Virus record (IMG/VR): IMGVR_UViG_3300032300_000824 | Span: 65,885-129,884 of that record | DNA from: a virus | Lineage: Duplodnaviria; Caudoviricetes | Length of the DNA: 64,000 nucleotides | Strand: one strand, 5' to 3' | Part shown: piece by piece, positions 1 through 9,737 of the stretch | Position numbering within the stretch: position 1 is the stretch's first letter | How the letters are laid out: every line of letters begins with the position of its first letter | Notes under the pieces: model-generated | Told to the model about the DNA's origin: nothing | Databases searched by the model: none | Seen by the model: the letters and a program-made list of their open reading frames with translations, nothing else | Translations under genes and position numbers: made by a program

Positions 1-1422
1 TACATGCCTTATATATCTTTTAGCGTGGTGTGGATGGATGCCAGAGCTAGTTCCAAGCATACTACTACTAGTTCCTTCTGGCTTTAAGCAAGTGACTCTA
101 GCAGCTTGATTAATACCTATTGCTTTAGCTATAGCCTTATTAGTTTCAACAGCTACTTTGGCCCCATTTTTGAGAACCTTCTCTGTTAATACTAAGTCGT
201 GTTTCTCCATGGTTCCTGTTAAAGAAACTCCTAATAGAGCTTCTCTCTCAAATATTTTACAACTAATTTCTCCAAGATAATCTAGTTTGGTGAATCCAGC
301 CTGTAATGTTCCAATAATAGCAGCAGCCTTACATCTTTCATAAAAATCCTCTTCGTCCTCTATAGACGAACAATTAATAGTTGAAAGATTACATCCCTGC
401 CAACCACTCTTACCAGATTCTTCGTCAACAGGCCACATACCAACTTCCACACATGGATTAAATGTCATTTCTGTAGAATCGCTCCAGATAAATCCTGGTT
501 CTCCAAATTCTTTAACCGATTGCATTAACAGTTCAAATTCTTCATAGGTCGTAGTTTCCTTAAGTAAAAGTGCTGAGTTATTACTTCGTGCTCTTTGAGG
601 ATTTTCTGAATACCAATTACCAGTTTTAGCCTTAGCCATTTCAGTATCGTCATGACTAAAAAGTGCTAATGAAGCACTTCTGCGAACACCACCAGACAAT
701 ACAGCATCACTACTGTGCATAATAATATCGTATGCGTCTATTGGTCTTAATTTCTTTTGTCCATTTGCCACACATCGGTCTAATAGAGTGCGAATCTTTT
801 CTAACCCATTGGCTAGTGGCTCATATCCCGGAGCTTTTCCAACACCGGATGCCAGAGACGATCCCTTGGGTCTAATATTAGAATAGTCAAAAACTATATG
901 AGTATTTTTGTATTGTTTAAATTCTTCTATTGGTTTACTAAAATAAGAACTTAGTAATACCCCAAGAGAATTTGCCCAACCTTCAATACTGTCGTCTATA
1001 ACATATTTTGTTGCCTGTCCTTCTTCTATTTCGTGTTCTAGAGATGGCAACTTAGAAACATGGTGCTTCTGTACGCTGAACCCTGTTCCGCTACCACAAA
1101 GCAATAGCCAGAAACATTCTTGAAAAAATCTTAAACGATCACAGTAGGAGCTTGTGCAGTTATAAATCTTTGCGTGTCTTTTTAGGATAGGTTCTCCACC
1201 AAACTGCAACGCTCTCTGACTACCTAATACTTTCTTTTTGTACATTATATCATATGCCCAGTCTATATCTGGCCCTATGTTTTTATCGGCATACTGTGTG
1301 TGCATCATTTCTCTGACTCTATCCACAGCTTCTTTCCAAGTTTCTCTGCGATTCTTGTCTTCGAGCCAACGAGCATATTTGCTAACGAAAGTATAATTTT
1401 GTAGTTCTTGAAGTGCCGACAT
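1..1422 (-). CDS. nrdJ: Class II (B12-dependent) ribonucleotide reductase, monomeric RTPR type; runs off the window edge
   Basis: Manual translation from ATG 1422: MSALQELQNYTFVSKYARW...LGSQRALQFGG...YNC...LLCGSGTGFSVQ...SGGVRRSA...NPCVE...GCNLSTIN. Confidence 0.9.
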   Translation of the reverse strand, partial: MSALQELQNYTFVSKYARWLEDKNRRETWKEAVDRVREMMHTQYADKNIGPDIDWAYDIMYKKKVLGSQRALQFGGEPILKRHAKIYNCTSSYCDRLRFFQECFWLLLCGSGTGFSVQKHHVSKLPSLEHEIEEGQATKYVIDDSIEGWANSLGVLLSSYFSKPIEEFKQYKNTHIVFDYSNIRPKGSSLASGVGKAPGYEPLANGLEKIRTLLDRCVANGQKKLRPIDAYDIIMHSSDAVLSGGVRRSASLALFSHDDTEMAKAKTGNWYSENPQRARSNNSALLLKETTTYEEFELLMQSVKEFGEPGFIWSDSTEMTFNPCVEVGMWPVDEESGKSGWQGCNLSTINCSSIEDEEDFYERCKAAAIIGTLQAGFTKLDYLGEISCKIFEREALLGVSLTGTMEKHDLVLTEKVLKNGAKVAVETNKAIAKAIGINQAARVTCLKPEGTSSSMLGTSSGIHPHHAKRYIRHV

Positions 1423-1430
1423 ATTTTCTC

Positions 1431-1574
1431 CTATTGTTTCTTTATTAGGGCTAAGAATCCTATTAACACAGAGATCTGAAAAGAATCGTTAGTCATTTCT
1501 GTGTTACCATTAATCCATTTTGTGTAGAAATATATACAAATACTAATATAAAATGCAATAACATTTATACTCAT
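1431..1574 (-). CDS. Small hydrophobic protein (47 aa)
   Basis: Manual translation MSINVIAFYISICIYFYTKW...; ATG overlaps the dCMP deaminase stop (ATGA) and the ORF fills the gap to nrdJ. Confidence 0.45.
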   Translation of the reverse strand: MSINVIAFYISICIYFYTKWINGNTEMTNDSFQISVLIGFLALIKKQ

Positions 1575-2038
1575 AATACACCAGCCAAATCTTTCAACCA
1601 TGAAAAATCAGCATTCGTCCTATGAATTTTCATTTTACTCATTTCGGCAAAAGTATCAAATATTTTTTTAGCATTATCGTCAAATAAATGTGTTCCATGA
1701 TCATCGTTCATGTAAACCGTAGATACTCCTTCTTGCCATAGAGCCATTATACAGTCATTGCAACATTGTCCTGTGACATAGGCTATTCCGTTGTCTGGTC
1801 TAACAACACAATTAGACAAAGCATTTCTTTCGGCGTGAATCATCCAAGGATATTTGTCTGGACGATTTTTGGGAAGATTAGCATCGTCTAAACCTCTTGG
1901 ATAGCCATTATATCCAACTCCTAGTATTCTATTATTTTGATCTGTTATAACACATCCGTGTTGAGTGTGTATATCGTGACTTCTTTGAGAAATGACTTTT
2001 GATAAGCCTAAAAAGTAATCGGTCCATGATGGTCTCAT
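1571..2038 (-). CDS. dCMP deaminase
   Basis: HAERNA and CCNDC zinc motifs, GYNGYPRG. Confidence 0.9.
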   Translation of the reverse strand: MRPSWTDYFLGLSKVISQRSHDIHTQHGCVITDQNNRILGVGYNGYPRGLDDANLPKNRPDKYPWMIHAERNALSNCVVRPDNGIAYVTGQCCNDCIMALWQEGVSTVYMNDDHGTHLFDDNAKKIFDTFAEMSKMKIHRTNADFSWLKDLAGVL

Positions 2039-2095
2039 TATTATGATTCTTGTTGTTTTTATTTTCTAGCTCAACGTACCTCTGACGAGTATTTT

Positions 2096-2124
2096 ATTAT
2101 ACTCCAGTGGCTGAAGAACTGCAA
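2096..2124 (-). promoter_or_regulatory. sigma70-like promoter TTGCAG-17-TATAAT
   Basis: Intergenic, upstream of dCMP deaminase/nrdJ. Confidence 0.6.
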
Positions 2125-2139
2125 CCGTAGCGTTTAATT

Positions 2140-2403
2140 TTATTCTTTGGTTGTAGACGTAATCTTGTTGTAAACTACAAGAGCTAATATTCCGCCAGCA
2201 ACGCCCATAAAAATACCCGCTGGACTTAAGCTATCATATTGACCAATCATATATAATATGGCTCCGCCAGTATAAGATCCTGCAACTCCTAAAGCCACAG
2301 TTTTAACAAAACCAAAATTTTCTTCACCAGGAACTAAGCTTTTAGCAATAGATCCTACGAATAAGCCATACACACACCATACTAATATATTAAACATTTG
2401 CAT
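2140..2403 (-). CDS. GlsB/YeaQ/YmgE (transglycosylase-associated) membrane protein
   Basis: GLFVGSIAKSLVPG...LGVAGS.TGG pattern, three hydrophobic segments. Confidence 0.75.
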   Translation of the reverse strand: MQMFNILVWCVYGLFVGSIAKSLVPGEENFGFVKTVALGVAGSYTGGAILYMIGQYDSLSPAGIFMGVAGGILALVVYNKITSTTKE

Positions 2404-2788
2404 TCTCCACTAGTGTTTGAATTTCATCCTCCTTGAGGGTTTCTCCTGTCTCTAACAAAGCATTCAAAATGCTTAATGAATATTTCTCGTAATCTTCTTT
2501 TTTCATTTCTCTACGAAGAATTTTTTTAATTCTCATTTTTGTAAACCAACCTCTGCGTTCGCTGAAAGTATGAAGTTGTTCACCATACATAGCACATTTA
2601 TCTTGTGACGTGGCTTGGGAAGTTAATTTATTTTTATTGCACTCTTGTAATATTCTTACACAGGTTAGGATTATACTGATAATCATTAGAATGGTAACAA
2701 TACCAAATCCATACACTTCGTCTTTTGGCACTGTAGACTTTTCTAAAATTTTAATAGCTATAGCTTTGAGTTTTTCATTATCAGCCAT
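2390..2788 (-). CDS. Hypothetical membrane protein
   Basis: One TM segment (FGIVTILMIISIILTCV); overlapping gene packing. Confidence 0.7.
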   Translation of the reverse strand: MADNEKLKAIAIKILEKSTVPKDEVYGFGIVTILMIISIILTCVRILQECNKNKLTSQATSQDKCAMYGEQLHTFSERRGWFTKMRIKKILRREMKKEDYEKYSLSILNALLETGETLKEDEIQTLVENANV

Positions 2789-2793
2789 AGTAT

Positions 2794-3147
2794 TTATCTC
2801 CTTGGTGTTTTGGGAATTGGACAGTTACCGTCTGGGCAATTTACTGGTGCTGAATAAATTTTGGGAGCTACAGGAGAGATTGATTTGATTGTTCCCACAG
2901 AAAGAGAACCTTTATCAGCTTCACAATATGTACAATCAATTTTTAGAATACCATCACCACTCATATACCAACCCTTACCCTTACAAATTGGACAATCTTT
3001 TCTTTTATACTTTTGGGTGACTTCCTGTACATGCTTGGCTTTAATAATACCTCCAGCAAGAGTCACAGGGGCTGTTGTAGAGCCATAATAACTAGACTCA
3101 GCAAACAATAAACCAACACAGAATAAACCAACAAATAATTTATTCAT
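2794..3147 (-). CDS. Secreted Cys-rich protein
   Basis: Signal-like N-terminus, CPICKGKG/CTYC and CPDGNCP motifs. Confidence 0.65.
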   Translation of the reverse strand: MNKLFVGLFCVGLLFAESSYYGSTTAPVTLAGGIIKAKHVQEVTQKYKRKDCPICKGKGWYMSGDGILKIDCTYCEADKGSLSVGTIKSISPVAPKIYSAPVNCPDGNCPIPKTPRR

Positions 3148-3150
3148 TTT

Positions 3151-3345
3151 TTATTTTCTCCATGGAAGAATATTGTCTACCAAATCTCTTAAAGGTTTTT
3201 TTGGTTTTGGTTTTGGCTTTGGCTTAACAGGACCGTCTGGTTTATTCTCAGGAGAATTTTTATCAAACATCTTGATAATAGCCAAAATAAAATTTAGAAG
3301 CATTTGTACTGCTCTATTTAGAGCTATTCTATCTATTAATCTCAT
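3151..3345 (-). CDS. Small Lys/Pro-rich protein
   Basis: ORF preceded by GGTGTATA motif; KPKPKPKP tract. Confidence 0.6.
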   Translation of the reverse strand: MRLIDRIALNRAVQMLLNFILAIIKMFDKNSPENKPDGPVKPKPKPKPKKPLRDLVDNILPWRK

Positions 3346-3381
3346 AAAATTATTCCTAGTAGGAATTTAGGTATATAAATA

Positions 3382-3389
3382 TATACACC
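3382..3389 (-). promoter_or_regulatory. Phage-specific promoter-like motif GGTGTATA
   Basis: Recurs about 25-50 nt upstream of starts at 6013, 54450, 58031 and in variant form elsewhere. Confidence 0.55.
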
Positions 3390-3427
3390 TAATAGATATG
3401 ATCATTTAAAATAGTTATTTACGAATT

Positions 3428-4351
3428 TTAGAGATAGTCTTCAAATCCGTAGCTTGGTAGTTTCTGTAGAGGAAAGCCATCAAAACCACTAAAAGCATAA
3501 GAGCCATTAGCAGATAGCATTCCAGCAGCAACATCAGCGTGGATTAAAAACGACCCTTCTGGAATAGGACCCCATTCTGGATGTCCGCCATCGTTCCATT
3601 TACCCCAGCTATTTTGAACTAGAAAAGCTGGCTCGTTACCAGTATCATCACAGGCTATCCAAGCCATCGAATGAGCCCAATTACCAGATGTTCTAGCAAA
3701 ACCTTTTTTATCTCTTGTATTACTAAAACCATAATTAGAGCATACATTTACACCATAACCATTAGCAAGAGCATCACGAGCTTCTTCTACTGTTCGTATT
3801 AATGAAGCAGTCTTAATCTGGTGGTCATTAGAAAGGTCTAACACCTTATCGGGGAGACCTCTGCCTCCCCAGCCCGCTCCTAAATTACCGTTGTATTTAC
3901 TAAAGTCTACAAAGCCGTAATTCTTTCTAACAACAAGACCACCAACTTTGCTAACAAATTCAGCTGCTCTGGCACAACTCATGCCCTGCCCACTAAATCC
4001 TCTATATCCATAGATAGCCTCTGTTGCGCCTTTTGCTATCCAAGCTTCTCTCTCATTATGTATATCTATTTCTACAGCTCTGGTTACATCACAAGCATTT
4101 CGTGTTCCGTGACTAACACAATCCCCAGTGGTTTGTCTTTCATTGTAAGGATGTTTATCAAACTTTAACACACTCTTGTATGGTGTTGATAACTTACCCT
4201 TGCCACTACCGCTAATTTTTTTACTAGCATCACCGAATAGTGGATATTTGGAAGTTTCCATTAAGTAATCATATACGTGCTGTTCCCATAAGCATCCGCT
4301 AAATCCTTTGCGATAATTATCGTATAATTCTTTAGGAGAAAATCTAGCCAT
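3428..4351 (-). CDS. Papain-like (C1) cysteine peptidase
   Basis: QTTGDCVSH (Gln/Cys), HSMA (His), QNSWG (Asn). Confidence 0.85.
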   Translation of the reverse strand: MARFSPKELYDNYRKGFSGCLWEQHVYDYLMETSKYPLFGDASKKISGSGKGKLSTPYKSVLKFDKHPYNERQTTGDCVSHGTRNACDVTRAVEIDIHNEREAWIAKGATEAIYGYRGFSGQGMSCARAAEFVSKVGGLVVRKNYGFVDFSKYNGNLGAGWGGRGLPDKVLDLSNDHQIKTASLIRTVEEARDALANGYGVNVCSNYGFSNTRDKKGFARTSGNWAHSMAWIACDDTGNEPAFLVQNSWGKWNDGGHPEWGPIPEGSFLIHADVAAGMLSANGSYAFSGFDGFPLQKLPSYGFEDYL

Positions 4352-4842
4352 TATTTTGACCCCATGTTAAAAGCCCAAGCTAAAGCATTAAGACCTTCTA
4401 CGGCCTTAGCTCTTAGCTCTTTTGATAAAGGAATTTGATCATCTCCAATAGCAGCTACTACTACTTCTTTAGCTTCTTTAGCTAGATTAGGATACTTGCC
4501 TTTAATATCTAGTCTGAGCATAACACCAGCTAAACTATTTGCTTGACGAATTTCTTCGGTACTCTTAACTACTTCGTCTTCACCATCAAGCTCAACTAGT
4601 TTTGCTAAATCAAGATATAAGTCTCGTAATCTTTTAGCATCACCTTTTGCTCCAGACTCTCTTACTAATGCAACAACATCGTCGGCTTCTTTTTTGACAG
4701 CTTCATCTGTTGGTGTTGGTAATTCGAGAACATCTACTACAGATGGTCTGGGATTAATTACGTTAGAAAATTCTGGTTTCAATAGTCCTAGAAGAATTAA
4801 TAAACCACCTAGTGCTAGTAATACTTTTTTGTCAATACTCAT
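4351..4842 (-). CDS. Hypothetical membrane-anchored protein
   Basis: N-terminal TM/signal segment. Confidence 0.7.
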   Translation of the reverse strand: MSIDKKVLLALGGLLILLGLLKPEFSNVINPRPSVVDVLELPTPTDEAVKKEADDVVALVRESGAKGDAKRLRDLYLDLAKLVELDGEDEVVKSTEEIRQANSLAGVMLRLDIKGKYPNLAKEAKEVVVAAIGDDQIPLSKELRAKAVEGLNALAWAFNMGSK

Positions 4843-5231
4843 GATACTTTATCCTCTTTTTTGCAAACATTAGGACTTAGAAATGGAAACATTTGGTCAG
4901 CAACCTTAACAGCTTCTCCGCAGCCGCTTTGAACAGCTAAGTCTCTGGTTTGTTTCCACGACACCACTAACTTGAAAAAGGTATCATCTGGTTGATTTCC
5001 TACTACCTTTGGAACAACAACAGAATCTACTGATGGAACAACGACAGGAACAACAGAAGATGAAGGAGCAGAACCCTTAAACTTAGACAATAAATTACCT
5101 AAGAATACTTGTACTGGACTTAGTTTATCCTTAAATAAAACCCATAGTACCAAGCCAACACCACCATAAAGAGCCAAATCCATTGGACTCAAACGACTAC
5201 TAAATTCTTGAAAGCTTTCTGTAAAATTCAT
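4839..5231 (-). CDS. Hypothetical membrane protein
   Basis: TM segment; Val/Pro-rich linker. Confidence 0.7.
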   Translation of the reverse strand: MNFTESFQEFSSRLSPMDLALYGGVGLVLWVLFKDKLSPVQVFLGNLLSKFKGSAPSSSVVPVVVPSVDSVVVPKVVGNQPDDTFFKLVVSWKQTRDLAVQSGCGEAVKVADQMFPFLSPNVCKKEDKVS

Positions 5232-5242
5232 TTTATTTTTCC

Positions 5243-5668
5243 TTATTTGTCTGAAACTTTTGGAATATTATCTATGACAGGATCAACTTTATAGCCAGGA
5301 TCAACGAAAACACCACTATTTCTAAATGTTGTAACTAGAGCATCAATTGTTGCGCTAATTAAAAGCATGAGAATTTGTTTCACATACTTCTGTATAATAG
5401 GCTGTAAAACTTGTGGCACAAATGGAAAATTTATTATTGTAAATACTTGATCATAAAACTTAGAAATCATACCCATAGCAAGAGTTTTTTTATCAACCCC
5501 TTTAAGCGATGGGTTATTCTCTTCTATCTTTTGAACAACTTCTGCTGTAGCTAATTGTAATATATTCCACGCTTGTGGCATCGCTACTGCTTTTGCGCTT
5601 TTAAGTATCTCTTTAGCTTTAGCTACTAAATTTCCAAGATCATTTACTGATAGGTTTTGGTTTTCCAT
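5243..5668 (-). CDS. Hypothetical protein
   Basis: ORF track; operon packing. Confidence 0.7.
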   Translation of the reverse strand: MENQNLSVNDLGNLVAKAKEILKSAKAVAMPQAWNILQLATAEVVQKIEENNPSLKGVDKKTLAMGMISKFYDQVFTIINFPFVPQVLQPIIQKYVKQILMLLISATIDALVTTFRNSGVFVDPGYKVDPVIDNIPKVSDK

Positions 5669-5984
5669 TTGTTTTTCTCTTTTTTCTTACTGTTGCTGGT
5701 TTATCGTTTTTTTTATTTGCTTCTTTTCTTTCTTGTGGAGTTGCTGTATTCCACCAAGTCTTTTTAAGATCTGTTCTTCCGTTAATATATTTAAATAATA
5801 CTGTTAGTTGTCCGATAACAAGTATTGTTGCTTCTAATCCCCTAGTAGTTTCTTGAATCAGATCTTCTTTTTGAGAATTTTCTCCAATAATTCCCGCTAG
5901 ATATAAACCACTGAATACAAAGCTAACTACCGTGAACCAAAACTCACTTGTTCTATAGCCGGGTTTGACCATTTTAAACTCCAA
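5640..5984 (-). CDS. Membrane protein, possibly holin-like
   Basis: PGYRTSEFW followed by TM segments and a basic tail. Confidence 0.55.
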   Translation of the reverse strand: MEFKMVKPGYRTSEFWFTVVSFVFSGLYLAGIIGENSQKEDLIQETTRGLEATILVIGQLTVLFKYINGRTDLKKTWWNTATPQERKEANKKNDKPATVRKKRKTNGKPKPISK

Positions 5985-6012
5985 TTAAAGATAGTAGTGA
6001 TTACTACAATAA

Positions 6013-6020
6013 TATACACC
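6013..6020 (-). promoter_or_regulatory. GGTGTATA promoter-like motif
   Basis: Intergenic exact copy. Confidence 0.55.
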
Positions 6021-6029
6021 AATTTATAA

Positions 6030-7010
6030 TTAGACATTTTGATCAACAAATCCGAAACAAACCGTACAATAATTTTCACTAACCGTATAGTTGAAAGTGA
6101 CACTACTCATTGTGCCATCAATTCGAATAATGTTGTAACCTTCTTCTCCGATGAATTGTGTGTACTGGAAATCTGGTCCGACACCTACTAGATTTTGATA
6201 TGTCGTTTCCCCACCCAATGCCCAAATTGGCGTAAACGGTTTTGGCGCAGAATTTTCATCGAGCACCATTACTGTAACCGGAGTGCCTTGTTGGCCTACG
6301 CTAGCAAAAGCAACTAAGGCATCTGTGACAGGCGAACTAAATACAGCAGTAAATATTCCGGCCTGCGTATTTCCGATTTGATTTCCACTAGTCGGAACAC
6401 CGTATTCTATTGGGAAGTTGGTGGCCCCAACGGCTCCGTTAGCGTGTGAAAACATACCACCACCGGTTTGGGTAATACTTACTGTTATATTATTTTGACC
6501 AATTCCTGATGCTGTAGATTCTGTAATAGAATTCATTGTCATCCACTGAAATCCTGAGCTGCCAAAGGAGGGAGGTGTGGGGCTAGGAGTAGGGGTCGGA
6601 GTAGGAGTGGAACTTGGAGATTCGCAAGCCGTACCATCTTGACGAACTTTCTCAGCAGCATATGGAGACGGCCAATCTGCCAACCAAGGCCGGTCAGCAT
6701 AGCTATATACCCTAGCAAGTTCTCCGTATGTCGTATTTATATACAACCATACACCCGTTTCATAACGGACAACTTCATCTCCGTAGGTATAGGTCTCACG
6801 ACCATAAGGAGCATACCCGATAGGAGCGAGAATTCTATCACCAACAACCCATCCTGTCATTTTAACGCTAGACGTTGAGTCAGGACAGTTTTCAACAGTT
6901 TCAAATACTATGTTGTTTCCTAAAAATACTTTAGAAACACTTGTGTTTCCTAGTTTAATAGAAGTTATATTAGAGTTACTTAAAAATATATCACTATTTA
7001 CTGTTGGCAT
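6030..7010 (-). CDS. Putative virion/fibre protein with Pro/Thr linker
   Basis: ITSIKLGNTSVSKVFLG N-terminus typical of phage fibre modules; PTPTPTPSPTPP linker; Gly/Thr-rich beta-type C-terminus. Confidence 0.6.
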   Translation of the reverse strand: MPTVNSDIFLSNSNITSIKLGNTSVSKVFLGNNIVFETVENCPDSTSSVKMTGWVVGDRILAPIGYAPYGRETYTYGDEVVRYETGVWLYINTTYGELARVYSYADRPWLADWPSPYAAEKVRQDGTACESPSSTPTPTPTPSPTPPSFGSSGFQWMTMNSITESTASGIGQNNITVSITQTGGGMFSHANGAVGATNFPIEYGVPTSGNQIGNTQAGIFTAVFSSPVTDALVAFASVGQQGTPVTVMVLDENSAPKPFTPIWALGGETTYQNLVGVGPDFQYTQFIGEEGYNIIRIDGTMSSVTFNYTVSENYCTVCFGFVDQNV

Positions 7011-7021
7011 ACAAATTATCC

Positions 7022-7282
7022 TTAGCCATTAACTATATATAGGGTATTAGGATCTTTTGTAGCAAGAGCGTCGTAATTACTTTGAGAAATACTAATCATG
7101 TTTGTTATACGAACAGAATTATTAACTAAGTCAGTATTGCTTTGAACCAAACCAGACTGAAGTACAGATACTGGAACCTTTTTTGTTAGAGCAGATCCTG
7201 ATGGGTCGTCCATGATTAGAAATATATCGTCACTAGTTAATCCACTAGCTGCTGGAAATTCATTTATTCTTTTAATACTCAT
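7022..7282 (-). CDS. Putative virion accessory protein
   Basis: KRINEFPAAS..SDDIF and SQSNYDALATKDPNTLYIV motifs seen in tail-fibre-associated proteins. Confidence 0.6.
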   Translation of the reverse strand: MSIKRINEFPAASGLTSDDIFLIMDDPSGSALTKKVPVSVLQSGLVQSNTDLVNNSVRITNMISISQSNYDALATKDPNTLYIVNG

Positions 7283-7506
7283 TATCCACCTACTACTGTT
7301 TGATTGCCAACTAATTCCACAAAAATACCATTATAGAATCGGTATCCATATTTGTCGTCTATAGTTGCAATTGTTGGAACATTTAGTACAGCACTGTCAT
7401 TAGTTTTATATCTTCCTGTAACGGTTGTTGATACAACAAGAGTACCGTTTTTTACAGGATTAGCATCTTTAATTTTGGTTATATCTGTGAATGGTCTAGT
7501 AGCCAT
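7282..7506 (-). CDS. Hypothetical protein
   Basis: ORF with GGAG RBS. Confidence 0.65.
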   Translation of the reverse strand: MATRPFTDITKIKDANPVKNGTLVVSTTVTGRYKTNDSAVLNVPTIATIDDKYGYRFYNGIFVELVGNQTVVGG

Positions 7507-7560
7507 AATAAGTCTCCAATTATAAAAATTGATTATACTATTAGTATTTACACCTAGTCG

Positions 7561-7878
7561 TTACTTTTCGATTCTATCTTCCAAAGTTTCCAGGGTTTTA
7601 GCCAACATGGCAATTTGTACCTTTAATTCGTTCATAACGTCAGAATTACGCTGTAAAGCGGCAGCAAAAGCAGCCTGAGTTTCTTTATTAGTATTAAGTC
7701 TTTCCATAATATACTGTTTATCATGGATATAAGGACTTTGGGTTTCTATCATATTTAGTACTTCTGCTTTAGTAGCCATATTACGACCTATGGTTACCCA
7801 AAAACCCACCATGGTTATAATAATACCAACACATGTTGTTGCTAAGTTTTCCCAGAAATGAATTATTGTTTCGCTCAT
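7561..7878 (-). CDS. Membrane coiled-coil protein
   Basis: N-terminal TM, C-terminal heptads. Confidence 0.65.
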   Translation of the reverse strand: MSETIIHFWENLATTCVGIIITMVGFWVTIGRNMATKAEVLNMIETQSPYIHDKQYIMERLNTNKETQAAFAAALQRNSDVMNELKVQIAMLAKTLETLEDRIEK

Positions 7879-7896
7879 AATTATTACCTTTAAATT

Positions 7897-8427
7897 TTAA
7901 TCCATTCTACAATTAGCTCCACCGCCAGCTGTTACTCTTATTTTTGGATCTAGTAAGCTATAGGTTATTCCTTCAACGACAGCGGATCTAAAAGTTCCCA
8001 TCACTGCTGGTATTGCGGGAGTGCAGCCATCTGGACCTTCTGGTACCGCTGGTACGCATACTACTTCTCGTGCAGGACGATCTTGTGGGGGACTGAATGT
8101 GATGGTTGTTCTTGAATTTTGTTCACATATATTTCTTACATTTGTAATAGCAGCATCATATCCTGTATTGTATGCAGCTACGTCTGCTTGATCAGCAGTA
8201 AAATTTCCATCATTTCCTCTTACCATTCTAATAGAAAATGTACCTCCACCAGCAGGAATCCTTGTTGTAGTTTGTCTTAATGGTCCGTTGGTGGTTCTAC
8301 CACATCTATCAACGAATGTTTGAGTTTGTGTTACTTTTTGTACTTTAAAAGATACACTGATTGATACAGCAAAAGATTGAATTGTACTACCATTTGGTAC
8401 TCTACAATTACCGGTTGGACCACCCAT
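7897..8427 (-). CDS. Hypothetical protein
   Basis: ORF track; Thr/Gly-rich. Confidence 0.6.
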   Translation of the reverse strand: MGGPTGNCRVPNGSTIQSFAVSISVSFKVQKVTQTQTFVDRCGRTTNGPLRQTTTRIPAGGGTFSIRMVRGNDGNFTADQADVAAYNTGYDAAITNVRNICEQNSRTTITFSPPQDRPAREVVCVPAVPEGPDGCTPAIPAVMGTFRSAVVEGITYSLLDPKIRVTAGGGANCRMD

Positions 8428-8451
8428 AGTATTATTCCTTTGTATTGTATG

Positions 8452-8886
8452 TTATGGTACAGGGGGGCATGGTGGATTATTGTCGTCATATGGATCTGCT
8501 GGTGCAGAACCGCCGCTGGACATGGATACTGCTCCATTAGTCGAACTTGATAAACTAGTTAAAGTAGCTCCTGTTGCTCTTGATGATACTGGTCCAGTAT
8601 CATCGGGTATCAGAAACTGCATAATAGAAACTATATCAGACTGTATTTGTTGATTGTCTAGATTAAAAGAGTATTCAGTAATATCATATATTACATCACT
8701 ATCTACTAATCCGTGATTACTATAATAAATATTATTTTCTAAAACTGGAATAGTTCTTTGGTTTCTAAAATTATTATTAGAAAATATTTTACCGTTATAA
8801 ACAAATGTTGGCTTAGTTAATTTAACTATAGACCCAAATTTTTTTTTGCTAAAATCTGAACCGGATGATATGTTGATATTAGACAT
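8452..8886 (-). CDS. Hypothetical protein
   Basis: ORF track; GAGG RBS. Confidence 0.6.
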   Translation of the reverse strand: MSNINISSGSDFSKKKFGSIVKLTKPTFVYNGKIFSNNNFRNQRTIPVLENNIYYSNHGLVDSDVIYDITEYSFNLDNQQIQSDIVSIMQFLIPDDTGPVSSRATGATLTSLSSSTNGAVSMSSGGSAPADPYDDNNPPCPPVP

Positions 8887-9097
8887 ATTTAATCCTCACT
8901 GCCAGTGGTGGGATTTTGGACCCTATACAAAAATTAATCTTGGTATTTCTAGCATCTATATCTTCTTCATTGAACTGATGATAAATAAAAGATTTACTAA
9001 CTACAAAGTCCGACACCGTAGCATCGGACTTGTAGATAGCATCTTTGTCTTTGTAAATACCACTTGGAATTTTTACCAAATAGTTATTACGATACAT
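8879..9097 (-). CDS. Hypothetical protein
   Basis: ORF track; overlapping packing. Confidence 0.55.
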   Translation of the reverse strand: MYRNNYLVKIPSGIYKDKDAIYKSDATVSDFVVSKSFIYHQFNEEDIDARNTKINFCIGSKIPPLAVRIKYV

Positions 9098-9102
9098 TTT
9101 GA

Positions 9103-9687
9103 TTAACCGTTCTTTGCTTTGTAGTTTACGGTAACGGCATTTCTAGAAGAACCCTTGAATGTAAGTCTGCCAGGAACTGCTCTTGTTGGAGTAGCTGCTT
9201 TATCTTTATAGACATTACTAGAATCAACAAGAACACCAGCTGTACCAGTTGTTCCTCTGTCATTTGTAACTACAGGATAACCAGCATCCCACTGACCAGT
9301 ATAGAAATTGAACTTGCCAGCTCTAATAGCTGTTAATTCTCTTCTTGTAAGAACTGATTCTAGTTTATGGATGCCACGAATCTGAGAAGGAACAAGTGCT
9401 CCAGATCGTAAGGCTGTATTTGAACGTCCACCAATAGTTGATGAAACCTTCATGCCCACAGGCTGTCTGGTGTTATAAGCGATCAAAGCGGCCGAAACTG
9501 CTTTGGCTACGTCTGTTCCGACTAATACTCTAGATCCAGAAAAGCCTAGAGTTGAACCTCCAATACTGACACCATCTACAAGAGTAGTATTTTTAGCTCT
9601 AAGTACAGCGCCGCCTCTATTTTTTGTACTTGTTGCTGTTACTGAAGAACCGCCCTGTTGAATTGTGGCCATTTTATAATCTCCCAT
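9103..9687 (-). CDS. Hypothetical protein, possibly virion structural
   Basis: Gly/Ala/Thr-rich, basic; GGAG RBS; upstream GGGGTATA variant. Confidence 0.65.
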   Translation of the reverse strand: MGDYKMATIQQGGSSVTATSTKNRGGAVLRAKNTTLVDGVSIGGSTLGFSGSRVLVGTDVAKAVSAALIAYNTRQPVGMKVSSTIGGRSNTALRSGALVPSQIRGIHKLESVLTRRELTAIRAGKFNFYTGQWDAGYPVVTNDRGTTGTAGVLVDSSNVYKDKAATPTRAVPGRLTFKGSSRNAVTVNYKAKNG

Positions 9688-9737
9688 GGTAAGAAAATTG
9701 AAAGTGAATATTCACTAATTCTATACCCCGGACATTA

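Noticed and set aside
3195-3225. Short tandem repeats (KPKPKP; also PTPTPT near 6580 and acidic GAT/GAA runs near 47680)
   Set aside because: Explained by low-complexity protein sequence.
8331-8537. 68-aa ORF bridging two genes
   Set aside because: Overlaps both neighbours in another frame; no RBS or frameshift signal recognised.
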